Shown: positions 41,880-55,499, counted from the stretch's first letter. The stretch is DNA of 64,000 nucleotides from Raillietiella orientalis (GCA_036172245.1 JAYWIR010000067.1:310001-374000); one strand, 5' to 3'. Notes: generated by a model from the letters alone, not told the origin. A program made the numbers and translations.

Positions 41880-43600
41880 GGTTCGAGAGCGTCCCTAGAG
41901 TTGCTGCTGGCGGTTCCTAGGGTCGCAGCAGTGTTCCCAGAGGGGCCGGAGGACAATACAGTTCACAAGCAGGCGGGGGAGGGATTCACGCTCCTCAACT
42001 GACACAGTTCGGATCAGACACACCCGTGTCCGGTGATGTCGGCGGGTGTTGCACGGGAGGCTCCAGTGCAGTAGCATCATCACCGACTCCGGCTACTTTA
42101 AGGGGAGGGTGCAGGTATCCATAAGCACCGGTGGCCACTTCAGATGTTCCAACGCATCCAGTAGCTCGCCCTAGCGCAAAAGTCCACGAGATCGAGCAAT
42201 CAGGGTCGCAGCGTCAATGAACTGGTCTGTCTTCCACTTGCTCAGTCCTTTTTCTCCTTCCGGGGATTTGCACGGCAATCTCCCATTTCGCCGAGGTGCT
42301 GCTGACCATGTGTTACCTGAGGGAGGGCAGCGCGGCGGCGAGAGAGGTTCTTCCTGCCCACGAGCGTTTTTCTGGATCCTCGAGAATCACTCGGAGCGTG
42401 CAGTTGGTGATGGTGGGAATCATGGTGCTTCCCGATCCTGCATCCCGCAGAACAGAAAGCGAACTGCGCGATAACATAAGCGAGATAGGACGCCAGGAAT
42501 GTCGAAAGATTCCTCGATGCTGACGGCGAAACTGAGCTCTGAGCACCAGTCCCACAGCCGTCGTTCCATATCGGATGTCCGCCGGCTGGAAGGAGTCTGT
42601 CTCGTGCGTGCTCTGGTTCACCGTTCCGTCCTGCATTGGCCGCAGCTCTTGGACGTCGCATTTCAGCCTTTCACCAGCACTTCCCAGATGGTGGGCAGTT
42701 TCACGGGGTATCGGAAATACCAGCGCAGGTCGCGCCTGTGCTTGCACAGCAGGCAAATGTATGTCCTCGTGCGCCTCCACCGCACACGTGCTCAACAGTT
42801 CGACGACATGCCAGCAGGAAACAAAAAGCGTTCAGAAACAGACACGAAAACCAGGCTTCCCAGTTAAGATTCACCAGTTCGTGTCGATCGAGCTCCCAGC
42901 TGGCGGGAGCGTGAAGAGTTTCAGCGAACTGAGCGCACTGCGGAGGTTGTTTTCTCTGAAAACGCTTTGGAATCAACCGCGTCCGTGCCAACTGCATGCA
43001 AACGGGATTCCCCAATGCGAGCTCGCGCAACGGTGATGGCAACATTCTCCGTCCTCGGGCGCGCAGGAAGCAAATGCAACACGCGCGACGAAGTATAATG
43101 TCAGCGCGAGAGTCGGTGACCCTGCAGTTGACAGCAGGGCTGCCGAGTGCGCTTGCAACAGGTGGCCCGCTCACCTTAAGCCAAGAACTCGCAGTTGTCT
43201 TGCCAGCGTGGCTGTTTCCGCGTAAAGTGCACTCTGCACACAACACTAGTACCGACTGTCGAAGTGACGAAAATCCGTTCGATTCCCAATCCCAAGCGTG
43301 CAGTACACACCGAACACAAAAGCAGAAAAGAACAGTCCATCTGAGACTGAAAGTGTCCTTCTCGGGAGCGGAAAATTCGAATCGGTCGTCGGACGGAAGA
43401 ATGTTCGACGACGAGGCAACGTTGTCGGTCGTGATGGTGACAAGATGGTTCTCCAGTTGCGAAGAACCTTGGATACCACTTAGGGCAGACGGTGGGCTAG
43501 GCGAGCCTTGCCCCTGCGTGCTGTGGGCTCACAAAGGCCCACTCGAGTTTAGAGATCAAAGAGAAGCCGAGGTAGTCCGCTTCTGCCAGCGTGGTTAACT
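41880..43600 (-). mobile_element. Deleted LINE derivative: GC-rich 5' region, KilA-N-like remnant (42500-42800) and family A ORF2 3' fragment (41880-42400)
   Basis: RTYICLLCKHRRDLRWYFRYPVKLPTIWEVL and MERRLWDWCSELSFAVSI; then LLHWSLPCNTRRHHRT homologous to 52930-52990. Confidence 0.65.
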
Positions 43601-45249
43601 TCGGAACACTTTCCATGAGCCAAATTTCACCAAATCACATTTATTTTCTGAATTTTCATCACCGATATACTTACGCAGCGAAATTCCTAATCGTTAATAC
43701 GTTTCTGAACTCTTCTTTCTAGTGTTCTTGCTTCGAACAGTTGCTGGATGTTAGCATTCAAATAAAGGATAAGTTACACATGAAATACGCGTTCACCTGC
43801 GGAATTTTTGCATATCTTTTTGCCTAAATCTGATGAAAACTTAATAAAGCGGAACAAAAATGCCCTGTGCCCACCATACTGAAAATTCAACGAATTACAA
43901 CTTAGCAGATACGAATACCCTGTGCATATGACACTGAACTGAAATTTCATTGATTGCTATTCTGCTAAAAAATGGCATTACAGTGTGACAACCGAATAAG
44001 GAACATACTCAGATATCAATCTGCAAACATCAGTGACCAGGGATATATGCATCGATGCTTCTTTGACTGTCTTACCAAGTTAGGAAAACTCCAGGCTTCG
44101 GAACATACAAGTAGATTGCTGCGCTAGTACCATGTCAAAGCAGTGCTACCACACTTGACATGGTATTAGGAACTCACTATGGGTTAACGATACCAGAAAC
44201 GTACTTTTAATCGTTTGCAATTTACATATTAATAAAAATAAAACCCATAAGGTATATTAAAATGAACGTGAAAAACTTTGCTGGGAATTATCCATACTGT
44301 TTCCAACAGAAAAAAAATTGAAAGAAAACAATTTTGAATGATTTTCAATTCATTCCGATACACAAGAATTTGCTTACTAGAAATGGCATGTCACTTTGTG
44401 ATGTCTAATTCTTGAAGATTTAGGAGTTTTTGTTTTTCACTTCTCTTGTTGTTGTAGAGGGGTACAAGAAAAGGCATTTAACATAATGTAATTTCCGCCG
44501 AGGAATTTCAATATTTGATGAAAGGTTGCTTGAAATATAGAAAAAGGCATTCTCAATATCCAAGTGAATAGGGACCTGAAACTCTATTAACTATCCACTA
44601 TCGATCGGCGATGTTTATCGTCAGGAAACCCCATCATTTCTAGGGCATCGTTTCCGTGGTTCAGCCTTTCAAAGCCTTACGTCTGTTGGTCCCCTTACCT
44701 GCTGAATGATCTCAAAAAAAAAAAAAAAATTACGAATGACGATAGAATTGAAAAATTACAGTTCCATATCTTCACATTTGTATTCCAGGTATAAAAGTTC
44801 TGAATCTTTTAGCTATTGTATAAGGACATATGGACGTCGAGGTTTGCACAGTCTCCTGAAGCAAGCCTTGTAGTTCCAGAGGTAGGAGATCTGGTGATGT
44901 TGCTGAAACATGGAGGCTGTTCATCACAGGGGATATTCGTACCCTTGCATCCTTTTGCGATCGCACAGAAGCTCTTAATTTAGTCCTTTGTAGCCGACAC
45001 ACTCAGCAGTATAAGGCATCCACATAAGGTGAAGTTCACAATTTTGCACAAAGTAGGTATCTGATTTCGTGATGCATTTGGATTTTGAGAAGATATAGAG
45101 GTAATCAATGAATTCTCATAATTCTCATGTGTTTTGTCGAACTTTAATATGCTGGATGTGTTTTTGCGTGCTATCTGAAGTTGAAGTTTTGAATTTCTAT
45201 TTATACTCTAGAAAACCATTTGAATTTGAGAAGTGCATGTACCAGAGGT

Positions 45250-45560
45250 AAAGCATAGTGATGGTAGGAGTAAACAAAAAAGTGATGAATGAATGATATT
45301 AAGTAATAGGTAGTAGAATGAAATTATAATGTTCCAATGAGAATTGAAATTCAAGGAATAGCAAATGCCAATTGCCGAAATTGAAAAGCAGTACAACTGG
45401 AGCATTCTGGCATTACTGATAACCGCGCTCATGAACGAAAAGTTCATGTCGAAAATGCCTCTTATGAAGTGTGCAGCATATTTCTCGTAAAGGGTGTACG
45501 TGAATTGAATTAATACTTCCACGGAATCATGCTCAATTGAATTTCCACGTGTTATTTGTT
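45250..45560 (+). mobile_element. Possible Tc1-like transposase relic
   Basis: EIIMFQ*ELKF resembles VIFSDExKF and HISRKG resembles the downstream Tc1 segment; weak. Confidence 0.25.
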
Positions 45561-45795
45561 GTTAACTGCTTAGCATTTCTGTAGAAATTGTTTTCGCGTT
45601 CTTGTTCAAAATATCTTTTGTAAAATGTGCTTCAAAAATGTATGAAAGATATGAATCCTGGTATGGAGATATTGTACATATCACAAAAATATCTTATAGG
45701 CCTCAACCACCCAATCAGTTATGTCATATAGTGATTAGAATTAATTTTTAGTGTTTAGATTGCTTATATTTAATCCCAAACATAACAAAATAAAA

Positions 45796-48700
45796 ATGGA
45801 TGCTGACCTTTATGATGAATTCGGTAACTATATCGGGCCAGAGTTAGAGTCAGATGAAGAGGAGGAAGTTGAATATAATGCATTTGAAGCAGACACCGAA
45901 GAAATGCAATATGAGGTAAACAAACAAATGAAAAAAAATGTTAAGAAGTACTGTTTGAGTGTTTAGTCCTATTTTACTTGTTTCGGCGAAATGATTTGCA
46001 GTGTCATTTACAAAATTTCTCAGTGTGCTGAAAGTAAAGTGTTTATAATGTTCTTCAGATCCAAAGGTCTTTGGTGACCGTTTTGGCTCTGATCTGAATG
46101 TTGTTATATGTTTTCATGTTAGTGCATTAATCACGAGGAACATGTATTCGAGGAATTGCGATTCGGTTCAATGTATTACGAGCAATGTGTATACTTAGAG
46201 CACGAAGGTTCTGTTGCAATTCGTAATGATGAATGCTATTTTTAAAGGAAACTTTGAATGAAGTTCCTGAAGAAGAAGTGATGCAGCAGATGGGAGTTGT
46301 TCTTCATGAAGATAAAAAATATTATCCTACAGCAGAAGAAATCTATGGTCCAGATGTAGAAACTATTGTACAAGAAGAAGATGCACAACCATTAACAGAA
46401 CCAATTATAGCACCTATAAAAAGAAAGAAATTTAGTCACTTAGAACAATTTCTTCCTCAAACAACATATGATCTAGAGTAAGGTTCTTAGTGTAGTGCAG
46501 AAGTATTGTTTTGCTGCTTAGGTTCCTGGCTGATTTAATGGATAATCCAGAATTAATTCGCAATATTGCACTTGTTGGTCATTTACATCATGGGAAAACA
46601 TCATTTGTGGACTGTTTAATACAGCAGACACATCCTGAATTTCATGGTGATGAAGACAAACCCCTGAGATATACGGATACTTTATTCACAGAACAAGAAA
46701 GAGGTGTTAGCATCAAAGCTACACCTGTGACTTTGGTTTTGCAAGATATCAAAACCAAAAGTTACTTGCTGAACATTTTTGATACTCCTGGGCATGTAAA
46801 TTTCTCAGATGAAGTCACTTCAGCTTTAAGATTATCAGATGGCATTGTATTATTTGTGGATGCTGCAGAAGGGGTTTTGTTGAATACAGAAAGATTGCTG
46901 CGGCATGCAGCACAAGAACGCTTAGCAGTGACAGTTTGTATCAATAAAATTGATCGTCTCATACTGGAATTGAAGTTACCTCCCCAAGATGCATATTATA
47001 AGTTGAGGCATATTGTGGAAGAGATTAACGTACTGCTGGGGTATCAACTTGTTTTATGAGATATTTGTTCTTAATCATTCTTGTAGAGAATTTCCTGATG
47101 AAAAAGGACAAACTACAGTTGTGTCACCTATCCTTGGAAATGTTTGTTTTGCAAGTTCACAGTATGATTTGTGTTTTACTTTGCGTTCCTTTGCCAAAAA
47201 GTACGCTAAAATTTTTGGTGATTTCAATGAACGGGAATTTGGTCGACGTCTTTGGGGTGACATATACTTCAATGATAAGACGTAAGTTTTCTTTTGTTTC
47301 CAGGTTTAGGTTGGATTGAGATGCTTATTTCATATGTATTGGAAATGAGGTCAATTATTCCTCCTATTACAATTTTTTTTTTAGGAGAAAGTTTACCAGG
47401 AAACCTCCAACTGGATCAACTTCACGTACTTTTGTGGAGTTCATTTTGAAACCTATATATAAAATATTCTCACAAGTAGTAGGAGATGTTGATACCTGTC
47501 TGCCAATGATTATGGAAGAATTGGGCATACGTCTTATAAAAGAAGAGCTGAAGCTCAATGTCCGCCCTCTGCTGAAATTGATTTTTAACCGATTTATTGA
47601 AGATTTTGATGGTGATTTGCATATTTATTTTATGCAGTGTAAATATTAGATTTCAGGTTTTGTTGAAATGTGTGTGCAACATATTCCTTCACCTTTGAAC
47701 AATGCAAAATGCAAAGTAGAGCACATTTACACAGGTCCTTCAACTTCTAGGATGTTTCAAGAAATGGTGGAGTGTGATCCAAATGTAAGCTGATGTGTTC
47801 AGTATTAATGTGAATGCTGAAAGGTTTTTTAATCCATTTTTAAGGGTCCTTTAATGATTCACACAACAAAGCAATACCCAACAGCAGATGCCTCTTGTTT
47901 CCATGTTTTTGGGAGGGTACTATCAGGCACACTTTATAACAATCAACTGGTACGAATTCTAGGAGAAAATTTCTCTTTGACAGATGAAGAAGATTCAAGA
48001 GTTTGCAAAGTGGGAAGACTCTGGATCTATCAAGGAAGGTAGGTGAATTGATACTTCTTTCCTGTTTCATTCTGTTAATGAACATTTGATATTATTTTAC
48101 TTCACAATTCATAAATCTTCTCAATTCATTCATAAAATTCAGAATTAAAATAATCGCACTTTATTTTCCAAATGTCACTTCTCACTTTATTTTACTTCTC
48201 GTTTCTTTTTTTGTTTATTGGGTTAACTTTTTGTATCTTTATGGAATGTTGGTTTTTATTGTATTCCTGTTTTCATTATATTATGAGACCCTCAAACCTG
48301 AAACAACTTGGGAAATATTTGGTTTTCTGCATTCCATTTCAGTCTTTTTTGTATAATGAGGGTTCCTGACATACATTACATTAACAGTTATACTCTTGAG
48401 TTGAATAAGAATGTAGCCTGGTGTGCTTTAAATAACGTATCATTCATTTGCAACCTTTGTTTTTTCTCCTAAGAGTCCATTTAGTTGTGAAATTTAAAAA
48501 AAAGAGAGTATTTTTTTTTCGTTTTTTGAATTGGAATTCTTAGCAGTCCATACAGATGTTGAAAGATAATCGATTCTCTAAAAGGATGACCTTTTTATTT
48601 GCTTACATAAATTTAAATCTTTTGATAACGGTGGCCAGATTAGTGTGTGTTACATTTACATTTGTTGCATAACAATAAATACTAAGTATACTTTTCCTAT

Positions 48701-50750
48701 AAATGTGCCAGTTATTGCAGCAAATTTAGGGATGATTTCTTTGAAAACTATTCGAGAACTAGTTGTTGATACGAAAATTTACTTGTGTAGAGTAATTGGC
48801 TAATTACTTTACAACTGCATGTAGAATTTCAAGGCAAATGCATACATGTATGAAGGAAATTGGTATTTCTTTCTTAAAAAAAAATATGCTTCCCTTAATC
48901 TCAGTTAGCAAGGTGGATTCTTAGCAACTATGTACCTAGCAAAGTTATAAAATGTGGAGCACTTTTATATTTTGCAAATAATTTCATAGAGCAAAATTTG
49001 AGATTGTAAATAATAGATTTTCAAAGAGCTACCTTTAATTGTTTGAACACATGAGGTCTTTGCTTCAGTAGGAAGAAAATTGAATGTTAATCAGACAGTT
49101 GTCACAACTTTGTTAAGCAACCATGTATCATGAAAGCATTATTGTATTCCTTTGTTTGCACTCTCTCATATTCCTAGATATAATATTGAACTGAACAGAG
49201 TTCCTGCAGGAAATTGGGTTTTGATTGAAGGTGTTGATCAGCCTGTAGTGAAAACAGCAACTATAAGTGATCCCAATATTGATGAGGATATTTATATCTT
49301 CAGGCCTTTGAAGTTCAATACTCAATCTGTTATCAAGATTGCAGGCAAGGATGGTACTTTCCTGCAGTATCCTCATTCTGTTCTGTGTAGTGGAACCTGT
49401 AAATCCATCAGAGCTTCCTAAAATGCTTGATGGTTTAAGAAAAGTAAACAAATCTTATCCCTTGCTCCAGACTAAAGTAGAGGAGTCAGGAGAACATGTA
49501 ATTCTTGGAACGGGAGAATTATATTTGGATAGCGTCATGCATGATCTCAGAAAAATGTACTCTGAAATAGGTGAAAAAACTGTTTACTTTTCCTTGTCAT
49601 TGTCAATAACTTTATTTGCAGACATTAAAGTTGCTGATCCAGTGGTTTGTTTTTGTGAAACTGTAGTGGAAACATCATCTCTTAAGTGCTTTGCTGAAAC
49701 TCCGAATAGGCGTAATAAACTCACCATGATTGCAGAGCCTCTTGAAAAAGGCTTAGCCGAAGATATTGAAAATGAAGTGGTGCAAATATCCTGGAATCGG
49801 AAACGGCTAGGAGAATTCTTCCAAACTAAATATGACTGGGATTTATTAGCTGCCCGTTCAATTTGGGCTTTTGGACCAGATCATACTGGGCCAAATATAC
49901 TTGTAGATGATACACTTCCATCAGAAGTGGACAAGACATTGCTAAATTCAGTTAAAAATTCTATTGTACAGGTAGGTCTCTGGATGTTCTTAAGCACTGG
50001 AAAAATAACGTTGTGAGTTATAGGGATTTCAGTGGGGTACAAGGGAGGGTCCCCTCTGTGAGGAACCTATTCGAAATGTAAAATTTAAAATACTTGATGC
50101 TGTTGTTTCTAATGAAAGTCAGCATCGTGGTGGAGGTATGTAAGTATAGTTTGCAGTTTCCATTCTTGTCCAGTATAGGTCAGATCATACCTACTGCACG
50201 TAGAGTTGCATACTCTGCATTTTTGATGGCCACTCCTCGTCTTATGGAACCATACTATTTCGTTGAAGTGCAAGCACCTGCTGATTGTGTGTCAGCAGTG
50301 TACACGGTGTTGACAAAAAGGAGGTATTTAAATTTCCGTATCCTTTTGCTTTTTTTTTTTTTAATGTTTTATGCTGAATGTTTTGTTTTCAGAGGCCATG
50401 TTACTCAGGATGCACCAGTTCCGGGATCACCTTTGTATACCATCAAGGCATTTATCCCAGCAATTGACTCTTTTGGTTTTGAAACTGATTTGCGCACACA
50501 TACACAAGGACAAGCTTTTTGCTTATCTGTGTTCCATCATTGGCAAATTGTACCAGGAGATCCACTTGACAAGAATATTGTCATTAAACCTTTAGAGGCA
50601 CAACCTACACCTCATCTTGCACGAGAGTTCATGATCAAAACACGCAGAAGAAAAGGACTTAGTGAAGATGTATCCATCAATAAGTTTTTTGATGATCCTA
50701 TGTTGTTGGAATTAGCTAAGCAAGATGTAATTCTCAATTATGCTCTTTAA
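45796..50750 (+). CDS. EFTUD2: U5 snRNP 116 kDa GTPase (EFTUD2/Snu114), about 974 aa, 13 exons
   Basis: Exons 45796-45915, 46248-46477, 46522-47040, 47087-47281, 47385-47611, 47657-47784, 47845-48038, 49178-49344, 49391-49570, 49622-49971, 50024-50135, 50179-50323, 50393-50750 (2925 nt). [17 protein letters not shown] start, [40 protein letters not shown]-terminal [27 protein letters not shown]. Confidence 0.97.
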
Positions 50751-52355
50751 TAAGAGCTTACAGGAATTTTCTTGGCTGGGTTTTCAGCATCATTTTCTTG
50801 TATTTAAGTACAATATACATAATTTATGTAAATATTTGATAACATATTTTGTAAATAATTGGTTTCAAATAAAACTAAATTCTGAAATACATTATATATA
50901 TATTGAACAGATATTTGTTGATAGTTCATTTAGATTTTATTTTATTTTTTTATGTTGTATTTAATAATGAGATAATGACTTATTTTGGACTGTGTCAGAT
51001 GTTCAGTTCCTTCAGTTAATAAACTGTTCATGAGCAAGCCATGAATGAAGCAGTGTTAATGTTTGGTAGTATTATTTTAGTTTGTTCACATTATTAGAAG
51101 TCATCTATACATTTTTTCTGTAATTTACATCACATATAGTTGTGCCCGAAATAGTGCATTAATGATCAAAAAGAGACATTATGCTTGCAGTTACTTTGAA
51201 AATTCAGTCCATAACTTGTCATTTTTAATATTCAGATCCATAGATGTATATTCAACAGGCTCATTTACAGAAATAAGACATCTTGAAGTAGCATTAAATG
51301 GTGTTGATTCCGGTAGTCAGTGCCGTTTGCGACGGCAGATTTTGGTGATGCTATGAGAAAAACAGAACAGTAATGGACACTTCTGGTGAAACCATGCCGA
51401 AGTTTTCTCATAAATGTTTTAAAGTTTTTTGCCCCATTTACGTATAAATTTGGATGATTTGAAAATCTTATCGGATACTGCAGCAAACTAACATTAAACG
51501 GGAATACATTAATATTCCTATTGCACTAAACGGATTTTTCTTTCCTTCGCTGTTTGTCTTGAAAATTAGGTCAAAAAAAACTGCAAACGCTGAAACTTTC
51601 TACCATTCTGCGAGCAGTAGACAATTCGATAGGGAGACGGCATTTCCATACCTCGCGTTGACTTTCTGAGCTGCTTTTTGAGAATTTACGAGAAAGGAAA
51701 GCACAACCTTTGACGTAATTAGAGCTCCTATGATTTCATTTACTCCTCATCTCATATCAATTAACGAGTTTACTCATTTGAGAAGAACCCAATTAGCTAC
51801 GGGAATCACGTGCACTCTATTCTACGAACACTGTGGTCTCAGATTGCCATTCCTGGGATCTCATTTGCGAGAAGCATTCCAGAAACACGAAGTGTACGCA
51901 CAAACTCAACACGGTGAGGAATTTGATTTTTCGGCTTTATAATCATTCGTTTCTCGTTCTCTAGGTCATCATCACAATGACTCTTGAGCATTCAGAACAC
52001 ACGAGTCTCATCAAGATCACTTTCGTCATCCTCTGACGTCGGATCTTTCATTTCACGGAAACAAACATAAAAGGAGAAGCGGAAGCAGAGCACCCGGAAG
52101 GAAGATTCGGAGGGCAAGGTGTTGGGGAAAATTAAATTTCTTGTGGTCGGTGGGGGGGGGGGAGAAAAAGTGGATGTCGCACACCCGCTAGATCTTCGTC
52201 CTGATGTTCCGCACCTGACGTCAAAGGCCACTCAGGCGAATCGGTCCAAGTGGGGCCACAGTATAATCACTTAACATCTCTTTCCCGTCATACCATCAGA
52301 TATGCTTGCAGTCTGATTTCAGAGTTTAAAAGTCGTGCTATGAGATGTGAGCTGA

Positions 52356-55290
52356 TTTTCACACGGGTGCGCTTGGGACGTTTATTTTGAAAACTAACAT
52401 ATTACAGGAATTGTGGTTGGACCAGCGGTCCAACCATGCACAATTTCATGGAGACCTGCCGGGTCAACGGTTCGCAGACCGGTGCAATCCACCACGACAG
52501 TAGAGGGAGAGGACAAACAAAAAATTGTACACTTTGGGGTTAGCGGGAAGGGATCACGTTCTGCTAGTGGCAGTCCGGTCCATCCTCTCTAGGATATCGG
52601 CAAGGTCTTGCTGCATGTTGTTTTCCAGGTGGGGCCATCGCGTTGCCATGCTGATGAATAGGACGGCGAAGTGGATGGCATCCCAATCCCTGGATCCTCC
52701 CGTTGCTTTACTCCAAGCAGCAACGATCCCGCGTAGACAGCACAGGGCTGCTAGCAAGGCCACTGGACGAAGGTGTCGCGAACGAAGAGGGATTTCAAAG
52801 CGTCCCTGGAGTTGCCTTTGGGGGTTCCCATTGCCGCGGTAAAGCGTTCCCGAAGGGACTGGAGGGCAATACAGTCCAATAGCAGGTGGGGGAGGAATTC
52901 ACGTTCCCCGCACCTGACACAGTAGGGTTCGACACCCGCCCGCGTCCAATGATGACGGCGGGCGTTGCACGGGAGACCCCAGTGCAACACCAAAAGTGCC
53001 GACGATCGGACGTGTTTTTTGCGCGCTCCTGACTCGCTCGTTTTCAGTGGTGTAGTGCGGTGCTTCAGTGGTTGGAGGATGGCAAGAGCGCAGACGATGG
53101 AGCTTGCCAGCATCCTGGAAAGGAGGTAGAGGACGGTTTGCAGTGGAACGTGATCCCTTCCCCAGCCTACCCCTGCTTTTGTAAATAGCGTCTTCTTTAT
53201 TTTTCTTCTTGTTTGCCCCCTCCCCCTCCACTGCCGAGTCGAACCTCGCCGGCCTGCGCGCCGGCGACTCGACTCGGCTCCGAACACTTTCGGATGCTAC
53301 ACATGCTTGTTTGTTTATTAAAATAAACGCCCCGGTGCACCCGGGTGTCAAAACAACAGCACAGACTGCTGCCACTTCAGGGGGAGGGTGCGGTTGTCCA
53401 TGAGTGCCGGGGGCCACTTCAGGTGTTCCACCAGAACATCCAGCACGCTCCAGCGCAAGAGTCCACAGGGTGGTGTACTTGGGGTCGCAGCGTCGGTTAG
53501 CTGTCCCGTCTTCCACTCGCCCAGTCCTTTTTCCCTTGGGGAAATCCTTGCTTTGACTTGTCATTTCGCCGGGATGCTGCTGCTCAGGTGTTCCCTGAGG
53601 AAGGGCAGCGCTGCGGCAAGGGAAGTTCCTGTTCACGCGCTTTTTCCGGGATCTTCCAGAGTCTCTCGGAGAGTGCAGCGGTTGTTGCACACGAACAGGA
53701 ACCGGCGCACCTGTTCCGTGAGTTGCTCCTGGCTCTTCGCTCACGTGCGTATGGTTTCCTGTAATCAGGCACTACCGTTCGCGAGGCGGTAGGAGATCCA
53801 TCCCGTGTTTTTCCTTGTGAGATTGGCCACCCGCCGAAGCTGCAGTCCGCAGTGGCAGATGTGGCGGCGACAAAGTGCAAGGAAGGAAGCAAGTCCCCCG
53901 TTGCCTATGGCTTGCTCGACGAGGAGGCGCGTAGGGTTGTACCAGGTGGTGCAACACATCTTAGCCACGAGGGCAAGTATCCTCATCTGGAGCTGAAGCT
54001 CCAGCTGCTCCAGAGTCAGTATGTCGAGGCCGACGTTCCCGACGCGGAGCGCACAAGCCCTTCAAGAGGACTCGGAATCTCCCTTTTCCCAGACGGAAGA
54101 TCCTTAGGAAGTTCTTCGTCTCCTTAATCTTCTCGGTTGGGGGGCAAACAAACAGCAGGGGGATGAGGAGGAGGGCCACGAACGTTTTCCACACCGCGGC
54201 CCGTTCCTGCAGGTAAAACCTGTCTCCTTGGAACGAGCCGATCGCCGTCTCTGCTCTGGAGGCAGCTGGACCACGCCTCCGCAGGAAGATAGCCCCCCAA
54301 CGGCACACCGAGGTACATAAAGTATCGAACCGTGGAGATCTTCATGCGGATCCAGTCCTGCCGTCTGCCTACGCTGCACGGACTGGCATCACGGACGAAT
54401 CTGCCCTGTTCATCCTGAGTCCTGTCCTGCGGCTGAGCAGATCGAGGAAGTTCTCGGCTGCAGAAGCCGGGGTGTACATGGGAGAGCGGCAGCAGATCAT
54501 CAGCGTACGCTACCACCTCAGGCGTACAGGAACAATCGTGCGGAAGGTGCGCCAGAGTCAACCTGTACGCTCTCAGCACCAATTCGAAATGGACACTGAA
54601 GAGCAAGGGGCTCAGGCTGTCACCGTGCCGTATGCCGCCTCACACCGTACGCCGTGTACGATGTGTTCGCTGAAAAGATCAATGATCAGCGTATCGCGCC
54701 AGCTGGAGCGCAGGTAGACCAGCAACGAGGGCGGGAAGCCCAAGCGTTCCAGCAGTTCCAGAAGTTTTCTGGTCGGCACAGTCGAATGCCTTGTGCAAAT
54801 CGACTGCGACCGCAAGGGCTCCCTCCCCCGCCCGGCCATCCCGTCCCTCGCCGACGGACGTTCCGGAATTCTGGCTGCCCATCCTCTTCCTTTCCTGTAG
54901 GAGCGCGATCCATGTGCTTGCGTAAAACACTTTGGCTCCGCCCGGGAAACAGCGTAAGACTGTTCCGGCTGACAAAGCTTTCCGCCACCCGTCCAAGATG
55001 CTCGGTCCATAATTTCTCCAGCAACTTGGCGTCCGCGTTTATTGCGGTAATCGGCTGTCAGTTGGCCATGCTCCGAAGGTCTCCTCCCTTGGGGAGGAGA
55101 CGCACCTTTGCCGAGCGAGGCGGGAACGTCGCCTGCTTCGCATATCAGCAAGGTCAACTGCTGTACCAGGGGAGTCTGTTTTCCCGCAAATTATTGGGAA
55201 AACTCCGCCGGCAAACCTCCTCCCCTGGAGTGAGATGGGAGCTGAAGAAATGTACAGGTTGTCAACCGGTAGCAAATTTCGTTGTTCACC
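52356..55290 (-). mobile_element. 5'-truncated family A L1/Tx1-like LINE (RT to 3' end)
   Basis: AVAVDLHKAFDCADQ, VVAYADDLLPL, FMYLGVPLGG, LHWGLPCN..YCVRCGEREFLPHLLLDC; stop at TGATCCCTTCC; AATAAA (52381-52386) plus terminal hairpin. Confidence 0.9.
52990..53353 (+). mobile_element. Short family A 3'-end insertion nested in opposite orientation
   Basis: ELASILER remnant, TGATCCCTTCC, hairpins, AATAAACGCCCCGGTGCACCCGGGTG; flanked by CAACA at 52985-52989 and 53354-53358; host sequence is continuous in the 42040-42110 copy. Confidence 0.8.
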
Positions 55291-55499
55291 ACGTGCAAAC
55301 GTGATTCTACGCTCTCAAAGAAATTCATCAGATTCAAAAAAAAAAAAAAAAAAAAACATGCACTTCAGTTATATTTTTGTATTTGCGAAATTTCAAATGG
55401 CCTCCTCAGTAGTACAAATAATAAATTTGGCATATGCTTTGTCTTTTGTTTGGGCGATTCGTTGGTTTCCACATTCCACATCGGCATTGACAGCACTGC

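Noticed and set aside
47041..47086. EFTUD2 intron with GTATCA donor and TTCTTAAT branch-like word as a U12 intron
   Set aside because: Donor departs from GTATCCTT after five bases; compatible with an ordinary short U2 intron.
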